64,000 bases of DNA from Felis catus (Eukaryota): positions 16,616,001 to 16,680,000 of the forward strand of contig NC_058379.1 of the NCBI RefSeq assembly GCF_018350175.1, read 5' to 3'. The position numbers and the translations under genes are program-made. Numbering within the stretch: the first letter of the stretch is position 1; every line of letters begins with the position of its first letter. The notes under the pieces were generated by a model that was not told where the DNA came from, did not search any database, and saw only the letters and a list, made by a program, of their open reading frames with translations. Of the stretch, positions 39,366 through 52,479 are shown one piece after another.

Positions 39366-40839
39366 GAATTTAAAAAGAAATCAGGCTCTGGGGAGGAGCC
39401 TGGGTGGCTCAGTTAAGTGTCCGATTCTTGATTTCGGCTCAGGTCATGATCTCACAGTTGTGGGATTGAGCCCTATATCCAGCTCTGTCATGAGCGTGGA
39501 GCCTGCTTGAGATTCTCTCTCTGCCCCTCTATCCCACTCGGACTCTCTCCCTCTCTCAAAAATAAATTCATAAACTTAAAAAATCAGACTGAAATTAGTA
39601 TTTTGTGAGGAATATGCAACTCTCTCATGTGTACTTTTTCAGCATGGTCTGGAAAACTAAGTTGTGGAGACCACTCTCTGGGTACAGTTTTGCCAGAGAG
39701 GTAAATATTCAATGAAGTCACTTCCAGTCTTCCCTAGGGCTCTAGTAGAACCAAGCTGGTTCTCCAGCACTGGATTGGAGAAAGAATGGCCTCAGTGCTT
39801 GGAAGGACAAGCAGAGCCGAAGATGTACTAATGAAGGCATCATTCAGTTGTCACAGCACATAATTGCTTACCACAATTCTAGTCACCGGGTTAAAAGCAA
39901 GGACCACAACCAGTGCAAACCTGGCTATACTTATAATGAAGTGAAGGAGAGGCAGAACTGCTAGGGTTGAAGAGCGGATTTCAAAGCAGACTGACCAGTT
40001 CCAATCATTACCCTACTTACTAATAGCCGTCTTTGGGTAAGTGCTTTTATCAAGTTTTCACGTCTCTTAAATGTGAACAACATGCCTCCCTCACAGAGTT
40101 GTCATAAGGATTAAAGAAGGTACTATGTGTGCAGTGCTCTAATGATATCAAAAGATAGCTTTTCTATTATGAAAGAAAGGAGGGAAGAGATGACAATGCG
40201 GCACATCACACAGGAAGTTTGTGTTCTAAAGGGCAGCACAGGGGGGGTTCAAATCCTACCTTGATCCCTTACTAGCATTCTCTTTTATCAGCAACTCTAA
40301 ATCCCCAGTTTCTTCATTCGTAAGATGGGGCTAACACTACCTCTTTTATAGGTAGCTGAAAACGCTCAAGTGGTACTTGACACGTAGTGACTTCAAAAAA
40401 CACACCGGAACAGTTACAGAGGTGCAACCTCCAGTTTCAGTGTGAAAATGCCCAGTTCCGTTTTTGAGGCAAATGGCAGCTCTGTGGGGATCATCAAAGC
40501 CTCAGAGTGCTTCCTACCTCCTCCACAGATGCCCCCCTGGCCCTATACCACTACGCCAGGTAGGCCAGACACCCTAAAGACAGTCCTTGCAGCAAAGCCC
40601 GCCCGGCGCACACGAGGTAAAGCATTCCCTGGGTCAATGCTGGGAAACACTGGGCTCTCATTTACCCCGGGTGGAGTGACCAGTCCAATGCGGCGGCTTC
40701 TGGGAACCACCAACCGCAGTTCTGAAAGTTCCCAGACCTTTTCTGGCCATCAGGCCTACCAAGTTTGCAGAATCAGAAAGACCCCTTTGAGCCAGTTTCG
40801 GGATCAAATGCTTGCATCTAGCCGCGTCTCCCTCAGAGG

Positions 40840-42300
40840 AGTGGAGTGAAATCAGACACCCCCCACCCCCGACCACTTTGGAAGTTCTTCCAAAGCCCTG
40901 GTGCTTTTAGAAGGACAAGGCCGGGACCTTGTGAGGAGGGGCGCGCGCAGATGGAGATCTGGGCCATCACAGAGACCCCCTTTCACCCTCCAAAGGCAAC
41001 CACATCCCCGCAGTCTGTTCCCCGCTAACGGCGAGTTCTGGCTGGGGGGAGGGGTGGGCAGGGAGGGCGCCTGGCCACTTCTGCTCTTCACCGAGTCCGA
41101 GTCCTCTCCCGGGGGGTTCCGGGCCCAAGGTGCCCTGGGCCGCTTCCCCTGAAGGCTGCCCCTCCAGCCATGAGGGAGAGAACGGTCGCGTGTACCATCC
41201 CCGAGGCCTGTCTGGGCGGGCCTGGGCCCTCCACAGGCCCAGCTTTTGTTTTTTAAATAAAGTAAAAAAATAATCCTAGAGGAAGTGACGACGGAGCAAA
41301 GGACGGCCAGAGCGGGCGGTGAGAGGCCTCATCCTCCACCCGGGGGCGCCGTGAGGGGTCTGCGCTGAGGGGGGAGGGGAGGCCCCACAGGGGAGGAGGG
41401 AAGGCGGGGGCCCGAGGGCCCGGGGTCTCGGGCTGGCGNNNNNNNNNNNNNNNNNNNNNNNNNNNNNNNNNNNNNNNNNNNNNNNNNNNNNNNNNNNNNN
41501 NNNNNNNNNNNNNNNNNNNNNNNNNNNNNNNNNNNNNNNNNNNNNNNNNNNNNNNNNNNNNNNNNNNNNNNNNNNNNNNNNNNNNNNNNNNNNNNNNNNN
41601 NNNNNNNNNNNNNNNNNNNNNNNNNNNNNNNNNNNNNNNNNNNNNNNNNNNNNNNNNNNNNNNNNNNNNNNNNNNNNNNNNNNNNNNNNNNNNNNNNNNN
41701 NNNNNNNNNNNNNNNNNNNNNNNNNNNNNNNNNNNNNNNNNNNNNNNNNNNNNNNNNNNNNNNNNNNNNNNNNNNNNNAAGCGAAGGGGTCGACGGAGGC
41801 AAAAAGAATCGTCTTAAAGGGGACGCGCTGCGATGACCGCGCGTGCGCGCAGGCCGGCGCCCCCTGTAGGCGCGTGCGGGCTCGAGGGCGACGAGAGAGA
41901 GAGAGAGAGAGATTGGAGTCCCGTGAATTGGGTTCGATTCCCAGAATTCCTTGAAAGCAATTCACTCGCCTAATTAGTGCACTTGGGCAAGTGACTCAGG
42001 CTTCCTAGGCCTCAGTTTTCTGCCTCTGTAGCGCCGCCTGCCTCACAGGCTTTTGAGAGCATTCCCTGTGGCGACGCGGGCAGCGGTCGGAAGGGACCCC
42101 GCGGACTGTCACTCTGCTTGCGGGGCGCCGGAGGGAGGGAGCCAGGTCCGGGCCGCAGGCCGACCACGCTGCGGTCTGAAGGAGTCCCGGACGGTGGGCT
42201 GGGTGGGGCTGTCGCGGCCCTCAGACTCAGGTCAGTAGCCCTCTGGGTGACCCTGCCCCCATTTAACACTTGCTTAGAACTGAGGTCTAAAAACTGACGG
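40840..42300 (-). promoter_or_regulatory. SRSF9: SRSF9 CpG island/promoter; exon 1 inferred inside N gap 41439-41778
   Basis: Very GC/CpG-rich on both sides of a 340-bp gap upstream of exon 2. NRF1-like GCGCGTGCGC ~41839-41848; CTCF-like motif 41856-41870. Confidence 0.8.
41912..42062 (+). mobile_element. MIR with consensus B-box inside the SRSF9 CpG island
   Basis: tgggttcgattcccag...ttgggcaagtgact...gcctcagttttc...ctgta follows the MIR consensus order. Confidence 0.7.
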
Positions 42301-42936
42301 TGTGAGAGCTGAGCTGGCCTCCGCAGCTTGGGCTGTGACATTCAAGGGAGACACGGAGGGAGTAAAAGAGTCTTAAGTATCTCAGCTGTCGTTATAGAGT
42401 GCTTTAATCCTCACCGGGGATGGAGGGATTCCATTGTTACAGGTGAGAAAACTGAGGGGATCAGGATTAGAAGCCGAAGCCGTGCCCCCCACCTGTGGGC
42501 CGAGCCTTTCAGGAGCTCGGGTAGACACTCATGTCGGCACTTTTTCACATTTACTTCCCATAGTTCAGGGCACTGAACGTGGGGACGCTCCAGAAATAGA
42601 GGCCTTGCATCACAAGAGTCTTGATCGAAAAAGAGCTTTCATATTAAAAACGAAACCTCTGTGGATTGATGCATAATGGGCAGATAGGCAAAAGCAAACA
42701 GCGGAATGTTAACTGTGGAATCTAGACGGTGGGTGCGTTCAGTCTGTTCAGTGCACCATTCTTTAAACCTTTTTGTATGTCTGGAAATTTGCATAATAAA
42801 TGGGGCAGGTATGAAACTTGTTAAAAACAAACTCTGGTGTTCGTGTTCTGCCCCGGTCGCCAAAAAAGCCAAAACCAAAAAAACCCAACTCTGTTAATGT
42901 GAGCAATGAATAGCAACGGAATAAAACCAAACATTT

Positions 42937-45500
42937 AGGGGCGCCTGGGTGGCTTAGTTGGTTAAGTGTCCGTCTTTGGCTCAGGTCATGATCTCACAGT
43001 TGGTGATTTCCTGCAAGCATCAGGCTATTTGCTTTCAGCACAGAGCCTGCTTAAGATCCTCTATCCTCCGACTTTCTCTCTGCCCTTACCCCACTCTCTC
43101 TCAAAAATAAACATTTAAAAAAATTTAATATGAAGGTACAGTAGTTGATTTGTAGTTATACCACCTCTGAGCCTTTTAAAATCAAAACAGAAATTAGGCA
43201 CTCACGCATAACTACTGAGTGTATATCCTTTTTGAAAGGCAGATTGTGATGGTATACATCAGTCCCTGATAATATACATATACCTTTTGGTCCAGTAATG
43301 TCACTTGTAGGATTTTATCATCAGGAAATATGAAAATGTTACAGTAAATTATGTTCATTGCATTTTGTGCAGTTAAAAAAATGGAATGCTTGATAATAAG
43401 GGAGTGGTCCAACATAATAATATTGAATGTTACACAATTTTTAAATGATATTTTGAAGGATGCTAAGGTCATGCTAATTTAGTTATAATTAAAATGAATT
43501 TAAAATGGTGTTTAGGGGCGTCTGGGTGGCTCAGTCAGCTAAGCACCCAACTCTTGATTTCGGCTCAGGTCATGATCTCATAGTTCGGGAGTTTGAGCCC
43601 CACATCAGGCTCTGCACTGATGGTGCAGAGCCTGCTTGGGATTCTCTCTCTCTTTCTCTCTCTGCCCCTCCCCTGCTTGCACTCTCTCTCTCAAAATAAA
43701 TAAATAGATTTTATTTTAAAAAATAAATAAAATGGTGTTTAATATGTACATTATACACATGTAAATATATATTCTCAAGGAATCTATTAAACTGGTTGAC
43801 ACCAGTTGTTTCTAAAGAATGCAATTGTGGGCATTTTCACTTTAGACCTTACACATTTCTGTAAAGCTGAATATAGTTACTGCAACTCTGTTTCATTTTT
43901 ATATTCTGGGAAAAAAAAGTAAACAAAAATTTAAGCAGTGTTGCNNNNNNNNNNNNNNNNNNNNNNNNNNNNNNNNNNNNNNNNNNNNNNNNNNNNNNNN
44001 NNNNNNNNNNNNNNNNNNNNNNNNNNNNNNNNNNNNNNNNNNNNNNNNNNNNNNNNNNNNNNNNNNNNNNNNNNNNNNNNNNNNNNNNNNNNNNNNNNNN
44101 NNNNNNNNNNNNNNNNNNNNNNNNNNNNNNNNNNNNNNNNNNNNNNNNNNNNNNNNNNNNNNNAAAGCATGGAAGAAAATAACTCCAAATGTTTGTGGAG
44201 ATACCTTCTTGTTGGAAATGATTTCTATATTTTTATTTATGCTTTTCCATATTTATCAAATTTGTATTTGGCATGTACTACTTTTATAATTGGAACAAAG
44301 CACAATAAATTACTTCTAAAATAAAACAGAACCATCTGTTGTATTCTGGATTATGTAAAGCTTCTAGTTGTTCTTTGCTAGCCTTCAGAAGTCAAGCAGG
44401 AAAGGGCCCTGGCCAAATATGACCTTGAGTCTAAGTACAAAGCCTTACTTATAGGAGCTTACATATCCTAAAGGCATCCACAAGTCCAGATGCCTTCCCA
44501 TTTTGGGGGTATGTTTAGGTGTGTTAATACCTCTTTCTGAGTCCTGCCACTCCTACATGGTTGTTGCCTGGGAAGACCAAACCAAAAAAAAAAAAAAAAA
44601 AGCTATTGGAGTCAGCTAAGTAGCCTACTAGTACTCTAGGTGGAAGATTGCTTATAAATAGTAATGATTCAGCATATATTGTACAAAGTCCTAAGGCATG
44701 CAATCCCCAGAGGGATTCATACCTAGCCTAGAAAATGTGCCCTTATGTGGAGATACGGCAACTACAGCCTTCCTAGATTAGAAGGAACACAGCTAAATTT
44801 CTAGGGGTCGTTTATGATCATCCATGGAACCCCAAAGGGTAGAGTTTTTTTTCTGTGAATTCAGGTACTAACCTTTGCAGTTTAGAACACAAACGAGGCC
44901 AGAATTATAGCTTAATGCTTAAAGGGCTCATGGGTTCCATTCTCTACTAAGGCCACAGACCCTAGGCAGGGATGTGCTTTTGAGCTTTTGCTTATTTAGT
45001 TATTCAGCACCATTGAGTCCATTGCTATAGTTTAGGCCCTGTAGGAGGCCCATGGCATGTGGTAATACAATTCTGTCCTCAAAGTATATTTCAAGTTGTT
45101 ATTCAAACAGCCATTGAGAGCCCAGTTGCAATAAAGGTAAACTGCTGTGAGACCGCCTAACACAGTCTTCAAGATTATAAGAAAGGCTTGCGGGAGATGT
45201 TTAGGTTGAGCCCTGAAAGACAGTAGGAGTTAATCGTAGGGAGAAAGGGGTGGATTTTTCAGGAAAAAAGGACAGCATGACAGATCACCTCCATAGAAGA
45301 GAGAACACCACAGGAGTGCCTGTGTGGCTCAGTTGGTTAAGCATGCAACCTAGGCTCAGGTCATGATCTCACATTTCTTCGGTTCAAGCCCTGCATCAGC
45401 CTCTGCACTGACAGCACAGAGCCTGTTTCAGATCCTCAATCTCCCTCTTTCTCTGCCCCTCCTCTGCTCACTCTCTCTCTCAAAAATAAGTAAACATTAA
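42937..45500 (+). mobile_element. Can-SINEs (42937-43125, 43514-43725, 45312-45500)
   Basis: Typical heads and tails. Confidence 0.85.
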
Positions 45501-47734
45501 GAACAGAGCACATCAGACCAGGGGCAATCCCCACTGCCCTACGGTATAGCTGAGCAGAGGGTTCAAGTGGGGAAGATAGGGACAAGGAGCTGGCTGGGGC
45601 TTGCAAAGCCTAGTAGACTATGTTATAGAGTGTGGACTCTACAGAAATCAGTGAGTAGCCATGAAGGGTTTTAAGGAGTTATGCTGGGATGAGATCTTTT
45701 CAGAAGGAAGTGGCAGTTGAGCAGATTAGAGATATGGAGTGGGAGTTACAGAGTCTCTGGGAGGAGACCAAGAGCTAATTTGACTAGAGGGCAACTGCAG
45801 GATACTAGGGAAAGGAAAGGGAGTGAAGGAGAGGTGTGGCAATAGCTGCCATAATGGGGGATGGGGGGAGGAGGAGAATCTTGGGCAGAGATGAGAGACC
45901 AGAAGTCTCTGTAGGAAGTATTGCTATGTAATTGCAGTGTAGGCCCCCTCCTGTGACTTCATAGATTCCTTCATTTAAAGCTACATTGTCCACTAATAAC
46001 TTTGGAGTTGGATTTTTATTGTTCTGGGAAGATATGACAATGTAGTCAGATTAGCCTAAAGGTGAGTATGGGCAAGAACAGGGATAGCCCCAAATGGCCC
46101 ATTGACTAGCAGGTTACACAGAGAAAGTAACATGGGAGCTGGCGCAGGGAGACACCAGTTGGGAGACTGTGGCAGTCCTCCAAGCAAGAGATGTCAGTGG
46201 CCTGATGTAAGGTGATAGATACTAAGGAGATGGGTTATCTCAAGGAAAAGATATCATAAGGACATGGGAGATGAGATAGGTTGGGTGTGGGGCCTGAGAG
46301 AAGAGGAGTCCAGGTTGATTTCCAAGTCTCTGGCTTAGAGAACTGGTTATGCAATAGTAGCATTCTAAAATGGGAATAAAGCAGGAGGTGATCTATAGGG
46401 GATGGACGATGATGATGAGTTCAGATGTGTATGGAAAACATAAAGAAGGATAAGAAATGTGATGGCTCTAGGCTCTATGTGTCCACTGAAAACAGAATTC
46501 CAGGTGCATGACCTAATGATGGTGGATGGGCATCAGAGTCCTCAGACACATGGGATAGGACTGCTGTTCCCACAGGGATAAGCTTTCACCTAAAATACAT
46601 AGGAGCTCAATAATTCCAATCATTCGTACCATGAAGATAAGAATGGCACCAATGGAACTATCTTCATCTTGAAGACTTTCATCTTGGCAGACTATGAAGA
46701 GTTAATGTATTTCCCACAGCAAGCCGTTCACTCCCTACTAGCGAGTAGGGCAGTGCACCCCAAAAAATAATAAAACAATTATCAGTAGGGATAAAACATT
46801 CTGCGAACCAGCCCATCTGGTTTTCTCCCTTTCCCTATGACATCAGTTCCCTCTGGCATGCCAACAAAATGTTTTCTTCTGTGTCAGGCTCAGTCATGAG
46901 TTTCTCCCAGACTCTGGTCCTTGGGAGCAGTGGACTGAAGAAGTGATGGGGGAGTAGACCATTGGTGGGAAAATGAGTCATCTGAGAAAAACTGGTCCAG
47001 GCTGCCAGGGAGAGCTGTGGGTTGTGTCACTGTGGAACATGTGCCTAGTCACATCACCCAGGGAACCTTCTCTTTGTTATTCTTTGCCACTGTATTTGTG
47101 TGATGGAGTAAAATAAAACATATTCTGCAGAGGTCCCTAATAGAGAAATTTGCTGTGCAGGGGAGGAAGGGGAGAAGCAGCAGCAGACTAGATTTGGAGA
47201 GGGTTTGGATGGGGGTGCAGAGAGCTTTCAGGAAGCAAGTGCCACGTGTGGGAGGATGAGAAGAGGAAAAAGATAGGAAAGATAATTCAAGAAGATTTGC
47301 AGTGTGTTGTGAATATTATTCCCCTTTGTTGTCTCCTTAAGAGACTGCAGAAAATCCTTAGTATTTGTTTTTCAATTATTTTTGGATAAGCTGATGTTTC
47401 TTTGAATGTGACCATCCAGGTAGGAACCCTGGTTTTACACGAGGAGGTACATTTAAAGCAGTGAGCATACTGAATTTGTAACAGCTTTGTTGCTTTATTT
47501 TTGTCAGCTTGCTCTATTCTGAGATGGAGTGTTCAAATAGCTTGTCATATCAGGGCTTCTTTGTCTTGGATTCAGGGGCATCAGGGACCAGTCAATGATG
47601 ACTGCCCCCCCCCCACACACACACACATACACTCAACTCCCACCCCAATCTTTCAACATTGTAAAAGTTGTAAAGTCAGATGTAAAGGATTGCACATTGA
47701 AAGAAGAGTCTTTTTTTCTGGGGAGAATAGCCAT

Positions 47735-47945
47735 GTGATGCTGTCCAATCGAACTTTGTATGATGATGGGAACATTTTATATCTAAGTTCTGTGTGGTAA
47801 CCATTAGCCACATTTGGCTATTGAGCACTTGAAATGTAAGAACTCCAAGTAAGATACTGAACTTTTCATTGTGTTTAATTGTAATTAGTTAATATGACTT
47901 TAAATAGCCAAATGTGGCCAGCGGCTACCATATAGGATGGTGCAG
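47735..47945. mobile_element. MER3-like DNA transposon
   Basis: gctgtccaatcgaacttt...agccacatttggctattgagcacttgaaatgt...tagccaaatgtggcca. Confidence 0.65.
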
Positions 47946-48045
47946 TTCATCATTCTCAAAGGTCACACCCCCCAGAAAAGGTTAAGAACCACTGAGACCA
48001 ATCACTTCCCTTTACAGCCATGTTATGTTGGCACATAGTAGGTGC

Positions 48046-48135
48046 TGTTAAATAACAACAACAAAAACAAATGTTAAAGATCTAAATGACTTTATTTTTT
48101 TTAATTTTTGGTTTTTTTAATTTTATTTTTGAGGG

Positions 48136-48186
<51 letters not shown>

Positions 48187-48800
48187 GGGAGACACAGAAT
48201 CCGAAGCAGACTCCAGGCTCTGAGCTGTCCACACAGAGCCTGACACAGGGCTTGAATCCATGAACTGTGAGATCATGACCAGAGCTGAAGTTGGATGCTT
48301 AACCAGCTGAGCCACCCAGGTGCCCCTGACTTTAGTTTTTTAACTTTATTTATTTTTTAGTAATCTCTGCACCCAACGTGGGTCAAACTCAAGACCCCAA
48401 GATCAAGAGTCACATGCCACTCTGAGGCAGCCAGGCACCTCTCTAATTGGCTTTATTAATCAATTCATGAATCAGGCAGCATCCAGTCTAGCTAGTAAAC
48501 AAGAATTCTAAAGGGCTATAGAAGAGAAAACATTTTTAAAGGTAGAGAGGGAGTGGAAAAAAGCAAATTATTAGCAAAGAATCCATTGTTTTAAGCAAAG
48601 TCATCCTCCTGAGGGGAACTGAAGGGGGCCTATCAGTAAATTTCCTTGTGTTAACCAGAAAATTCACATGTTGACTGGTTAAAGGTTCCATTTCTGGGGG
48701 GGTTGAAACTGCAGTTACGTTAGGTGTTAAGTCTTGGTTTACTGACTTGGAGCCTTAACCTCAGTGACACTATTTTGGGCCTGTGGTTTTCTTTTTAACA
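48046..48800. mobile_element. Solo LTR (ERV1-class-like) containing two minus-strand SINEs
   Basis: TGTTAAA...TTTAACA termini; 4-bp TSD GTGC (48042-48045, 48801-48804); SINEs ~48090-48326 and ~48340-48440. Confidence 0.75.
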
Positions 48801-49281
48801 GTGCTTAATAAACACCTGTTGACTTTATTAACTAGTACTTAAAAAAGATTTATTCTAGCTCCAGAAAAGGGGTACTAAGGTACAAAATGACAGACAGACT
48901 CTTCAAGTTCACCAAGTTTTGTTTTCTCAGCCCCAAATTCCTTACCCTCAACCCAGAAATTTTCCCTAAACATTCTCCACCCTATCACGTACCTTTGAAA
49001 CTTATTTCACAGCCGAATTAAACCAGAAACACAAGCAAAGGGTTGAAAGGGTGTGAAATGATTAATGAGAGTGCTAATGATTTTTTTTTTTGATGCAGCA
49101 AGAAGATACATTTATTTAATAGAATCTTAATGTTTTTGGACTCAAATCAATTTTTTACTAAGCAGATTTCTAATGAGCTGTGTCAATATAATTTGGTAAT
49201 GGCACCTCAAAAATAAAAACACTCCTTAAAGCTAAACAAACAAACAAACAAATATGGGAAATATCTGGAGATTTTATTTAA

Positions 49282-49450
49282 TTTTTATTTATTTATTTTC
49301 AATATATGAAATTTATTGTCAAATTGGTTTCCATACAACACCCAGTGCTCATCCCAAAAGATGCCCTCCTCAATACCCATCACCCCCCCTCCCCTCCCTC
49401 CCACCCCCATCAACCCTCAGTTTGTTCTCAGTTTTTAAGAGTCTCTTATG
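49282..49450 (-). mobile_element. 5'-truncated young L1 (L1_Fc-like 3' UTR)
   Basis: aatatatgaaatttattgtcaaattggtttccatacaacacccagtgctcatccc...; 17-bp TSD CTGGAGATTTTATTTAA at 49265-49281 and 49451-49467. Confidence 0.85.
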
Positions 49451-49943
49451 CTGGAGATTTTATTTAAGTAAAAAAAAAAAAAAAAAAGAAGAAGAAGAAG
49501 GAAGAGCCGAGAAGCCACACATCCCTCTGTGCTAACACATGCACAGTAGCTGAACCTGCTTCTGTCTGGCTGAGGCTGGCTCTCCCCCTCAGTCAGCACA
49601 TATGCGGGGCTTCTGTCAATGTCACACTGACAAACATTCCCTGAAGCTAGGCAGCTGGGGACCAGTTTCTTTTGTTATTCCATCCTTTCTCTTGGGTTGC
49701 CAGACACACTCCTTGAAGGTACCTGCAGGAAACCAGATTTTTGTCCCATTTTGTCCAGATTTTTGCTTCTTCCCCAGCTCTAAGAGCCTACAGTGGTGCA
49801 TGTAGCATCTGGGACATTGGTGGCTTCCCCACTGCTTGCCCACTTGACATTTGTTCATTCATTCAACTGATATTTATTGAGCCACAGAACCGCCTGGTGC
49901 TGTCATGGGTGCCAGGGACAAAACAGTGAACAAGACCCAAACT

Positions 49944-51551
49944 TGGGGCGCTTGGCTGGCTCAGTCAGTAGAGCGTGCGACTCTTGATCCGGGGGTTGTA
50001 AATTCAAGCCCTGCGTTGGGTATAGAGATTACTTACAAATAAAATCTTGGGGCACCTGGGTGGTTCGGTCGGTTAAGCATCTGACTTCGGCTCAGGTCAT
50101 AATCCTGCGGTTCATGACTTCGAGCCCCGTGTCAGGCTCTGTGCTAACAGCTTGGAGCCTGGAGCCTGCTTCAGATTCTGTGTCTCCTTCACTCCCTGTC
50201 CTTCCCCCGCTCTCTCTGTCTCTCTGCTGTCTCTCTGTCTTTCTCTCTCAAAAATAAACAAACGATGGGGTGCCTGGGTGGCTCAGTCGGTTGAGCATCT
50301 GACTTTGGCTCAGGTCATGATATCGAGGTCCGTGAGTTTGAGCCCTGCGTCGGGCTCTGTGCTGACAGCTTAGAGCCNNNNNNNNNNNNNNNNNNNNNNN
50401 NNNNNNNNNNNNNNNNNNNNNNNNNNNNNNNNNNNNNNNNNNNNNNNNNNNNNNNNNNNNNNNNNNNNNNNNNNNNNNNNNNNNNNNNNNNNNNNNNNNN
50501 NNNNNNNNNNNNNNNNNNNNNNNNNNNNNNNNNNNNNNNNNNNNNNNNNNNNNNAAATAAAATCTTAAAAAACAAAATAAAACAAAACCAACCAAAAACC
50601 GCCAAACTCTGCCCTCACACTGTTCACAAACTACTAAAAAGGAAATTACAGTGAAGTGGGATATGTACTACAAGAAGTACAGGGTGCTTCTGTAGCTCTT
50701 AACCCAGACTGGAGTGGGGTGTTCAGGGAAGGCTTCCGATGGGGGCAAGGGGCTTGGGAATGGCTTCTGGGACCTGAAGAAGAAGCTGGTGTTAGCCAGA
50801 CACAAGAGGAGAGGAAAAGGAAAGGCATGTGCAAAGAAAGCTGGGAGGGTCGGAAGAGAGCTGGGTGCTCTGGGGGAAACTAAATAGTTCAGCACAATAA
50901 GGCCAAGGGTTGAGGGTGAGGGGTGTTCTTTCTCCTTCTAGAACCACAGGTGACTTAGGGTGAGAAGCCCTAATGTAAATCAGAGCCAAGCTGGGTTAGA
51001 GTATACATTAAGTCCTAAGTATTTCAGCGCTCAATGGAAATCAGTGTGAGTTGCCTTTACCATACAAATGTTTATTGTATATCCCTGAATAGCATGATTG
51101 TAAAGGGGAGTTGATGTGCGGGCTGGGGGGAGGAGAAGGCCTGAGGGGAATATAGTCTCACAGTCTCAGAGGGGACCATGAATAGCAAAAGGGTGCTTGT
51201 TTGGGAACCAGAAGGCGAGCAGAACAGGACCAAGCAAAAAAAAAAAAAAAAAAATCCAATGATCCCTCTTGGCCCTGGGGAGGAAAGGCCACAGGAGGAA
51301 TCACTGAATACAGGGATCCTGAATACAGGAGAGCTGTATTCAAAATGCTAGGATATTTCTTAATAATAACTATGATTCCCAGGGCGCCTGGGTGGCTCAG
51401 TCGGTTAAGTGTCCAACTTCGGCTCAGGTCATGATCTCATGGTTTGTGAGTTCAAGCTCTGGGCTCTGGGCCGAGAGCTTGGAGCCTGGATCCTGCTTCA
51501 GATTCTGTGTCTCCCTCTCTCTCCGTGCCCCTCCCCCACTCACACTCTGTT

Positions 51552-51600
<49 letters not shown>

Positions 51601-51636
51601 AATAAATAAATAAATAATAATAATAATAATAATAAT
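49944..51636 (+). mobile_element. Can-SINE cluster 49944-50575 and copy 51381-51636 with (CT)n/(TAA)n
   Basis: Three heads at ~49944, 50049 and 50267; TSD atgattccc around the 51381 copy. Confidence 0.85.
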
Positions 51637-52479
51637 ATGATTCCCTAATAATAACTGGAAGCAATCTCAAGGTCTATCCAGAGGGGACCTGTCACATGGG
51701 AAATGTGGAAGCCTGAACACTACACAGAAGTTACAAAAAACAAGTCCGTTTATACAGGTATGAAGAGATCTCCAAGATATTTATAGAACACCTACTGTGT
51801 GCACTGGGTTAGTTGCTAGGGACCCAGCAGTGGAGGAGACAAAGTGACTGCCCCCTGGAGAGATACCCTATTTCCACATCCTTATCTTGGCTCTTCATGA
51901 TGTGCCTCCCCCAGCTTCTCTTCACCTCCCACTGCTCCTCAGCCAGCTTCTCTAGGATCGGCTGTGTCTGAAAGCATACACTTGTTCTTTGTAGGGGCTA
52001 CCTCTTGAAACACTGATTTCTCCACCTCTGCCTCCCCAGTCTTTTGCCTGGCCAAACCCTCCGCGGCCTCCAGGTCCCTGATTTGGTGACTTGGTATTCA
52101 GTGGTGGCAAGAACAGTGTGACCCCAGTCTAGAACTTTCCTCCTAATTTGTACCTCTGGAAGGCTTAGTTCTGTTGCCAGTCTAGCATCTTTCTATCAAG
52201 TTCTGTACATCTTATTGGTATTTTAATTGGAATGGTGTTAAATCTACAAATTTACACGTGGAAACTTTTTTCATTCATGCTATATTTGGCCTTCCCATCT
52301 AGAACCTTGATGTTACTTTCCATTTATTCACATCTTTTTTTTTTTTTTAATTCTCTCCTATTTGTGGCTTGTAATTTTTATATCAGTTGAAGTCCGTGTA
52401 TCTAACACTGTGCTAATACTCAGTGATTTCCTCTGGTGTCTTTTTTTTTTTTTTTTTTTTTGATACGTAATGTGTCATT

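Larger units (their letters stand above)
35760..39582 (+). mobile_element. Can-SINEs in SRSF9 introns (35760-35930, 38154-38368, 39132-39360, 39390-39582)
   Basis: SINE heads and tails; TSD gcaaatttatg around the 38154 copy. Confidence 0.85.

Noticed and set aside
41912-41945. tRNA-like T-arm (also in all Can-SINE heads)
   Set aside because: No cloverleaf; these are tRNA-derived SINE heads, not tRNA genes.
41276-41965. Long ORFs containing X runs (here and at the other gaps)
   Set aside because: Artefacts of translating N gaps.
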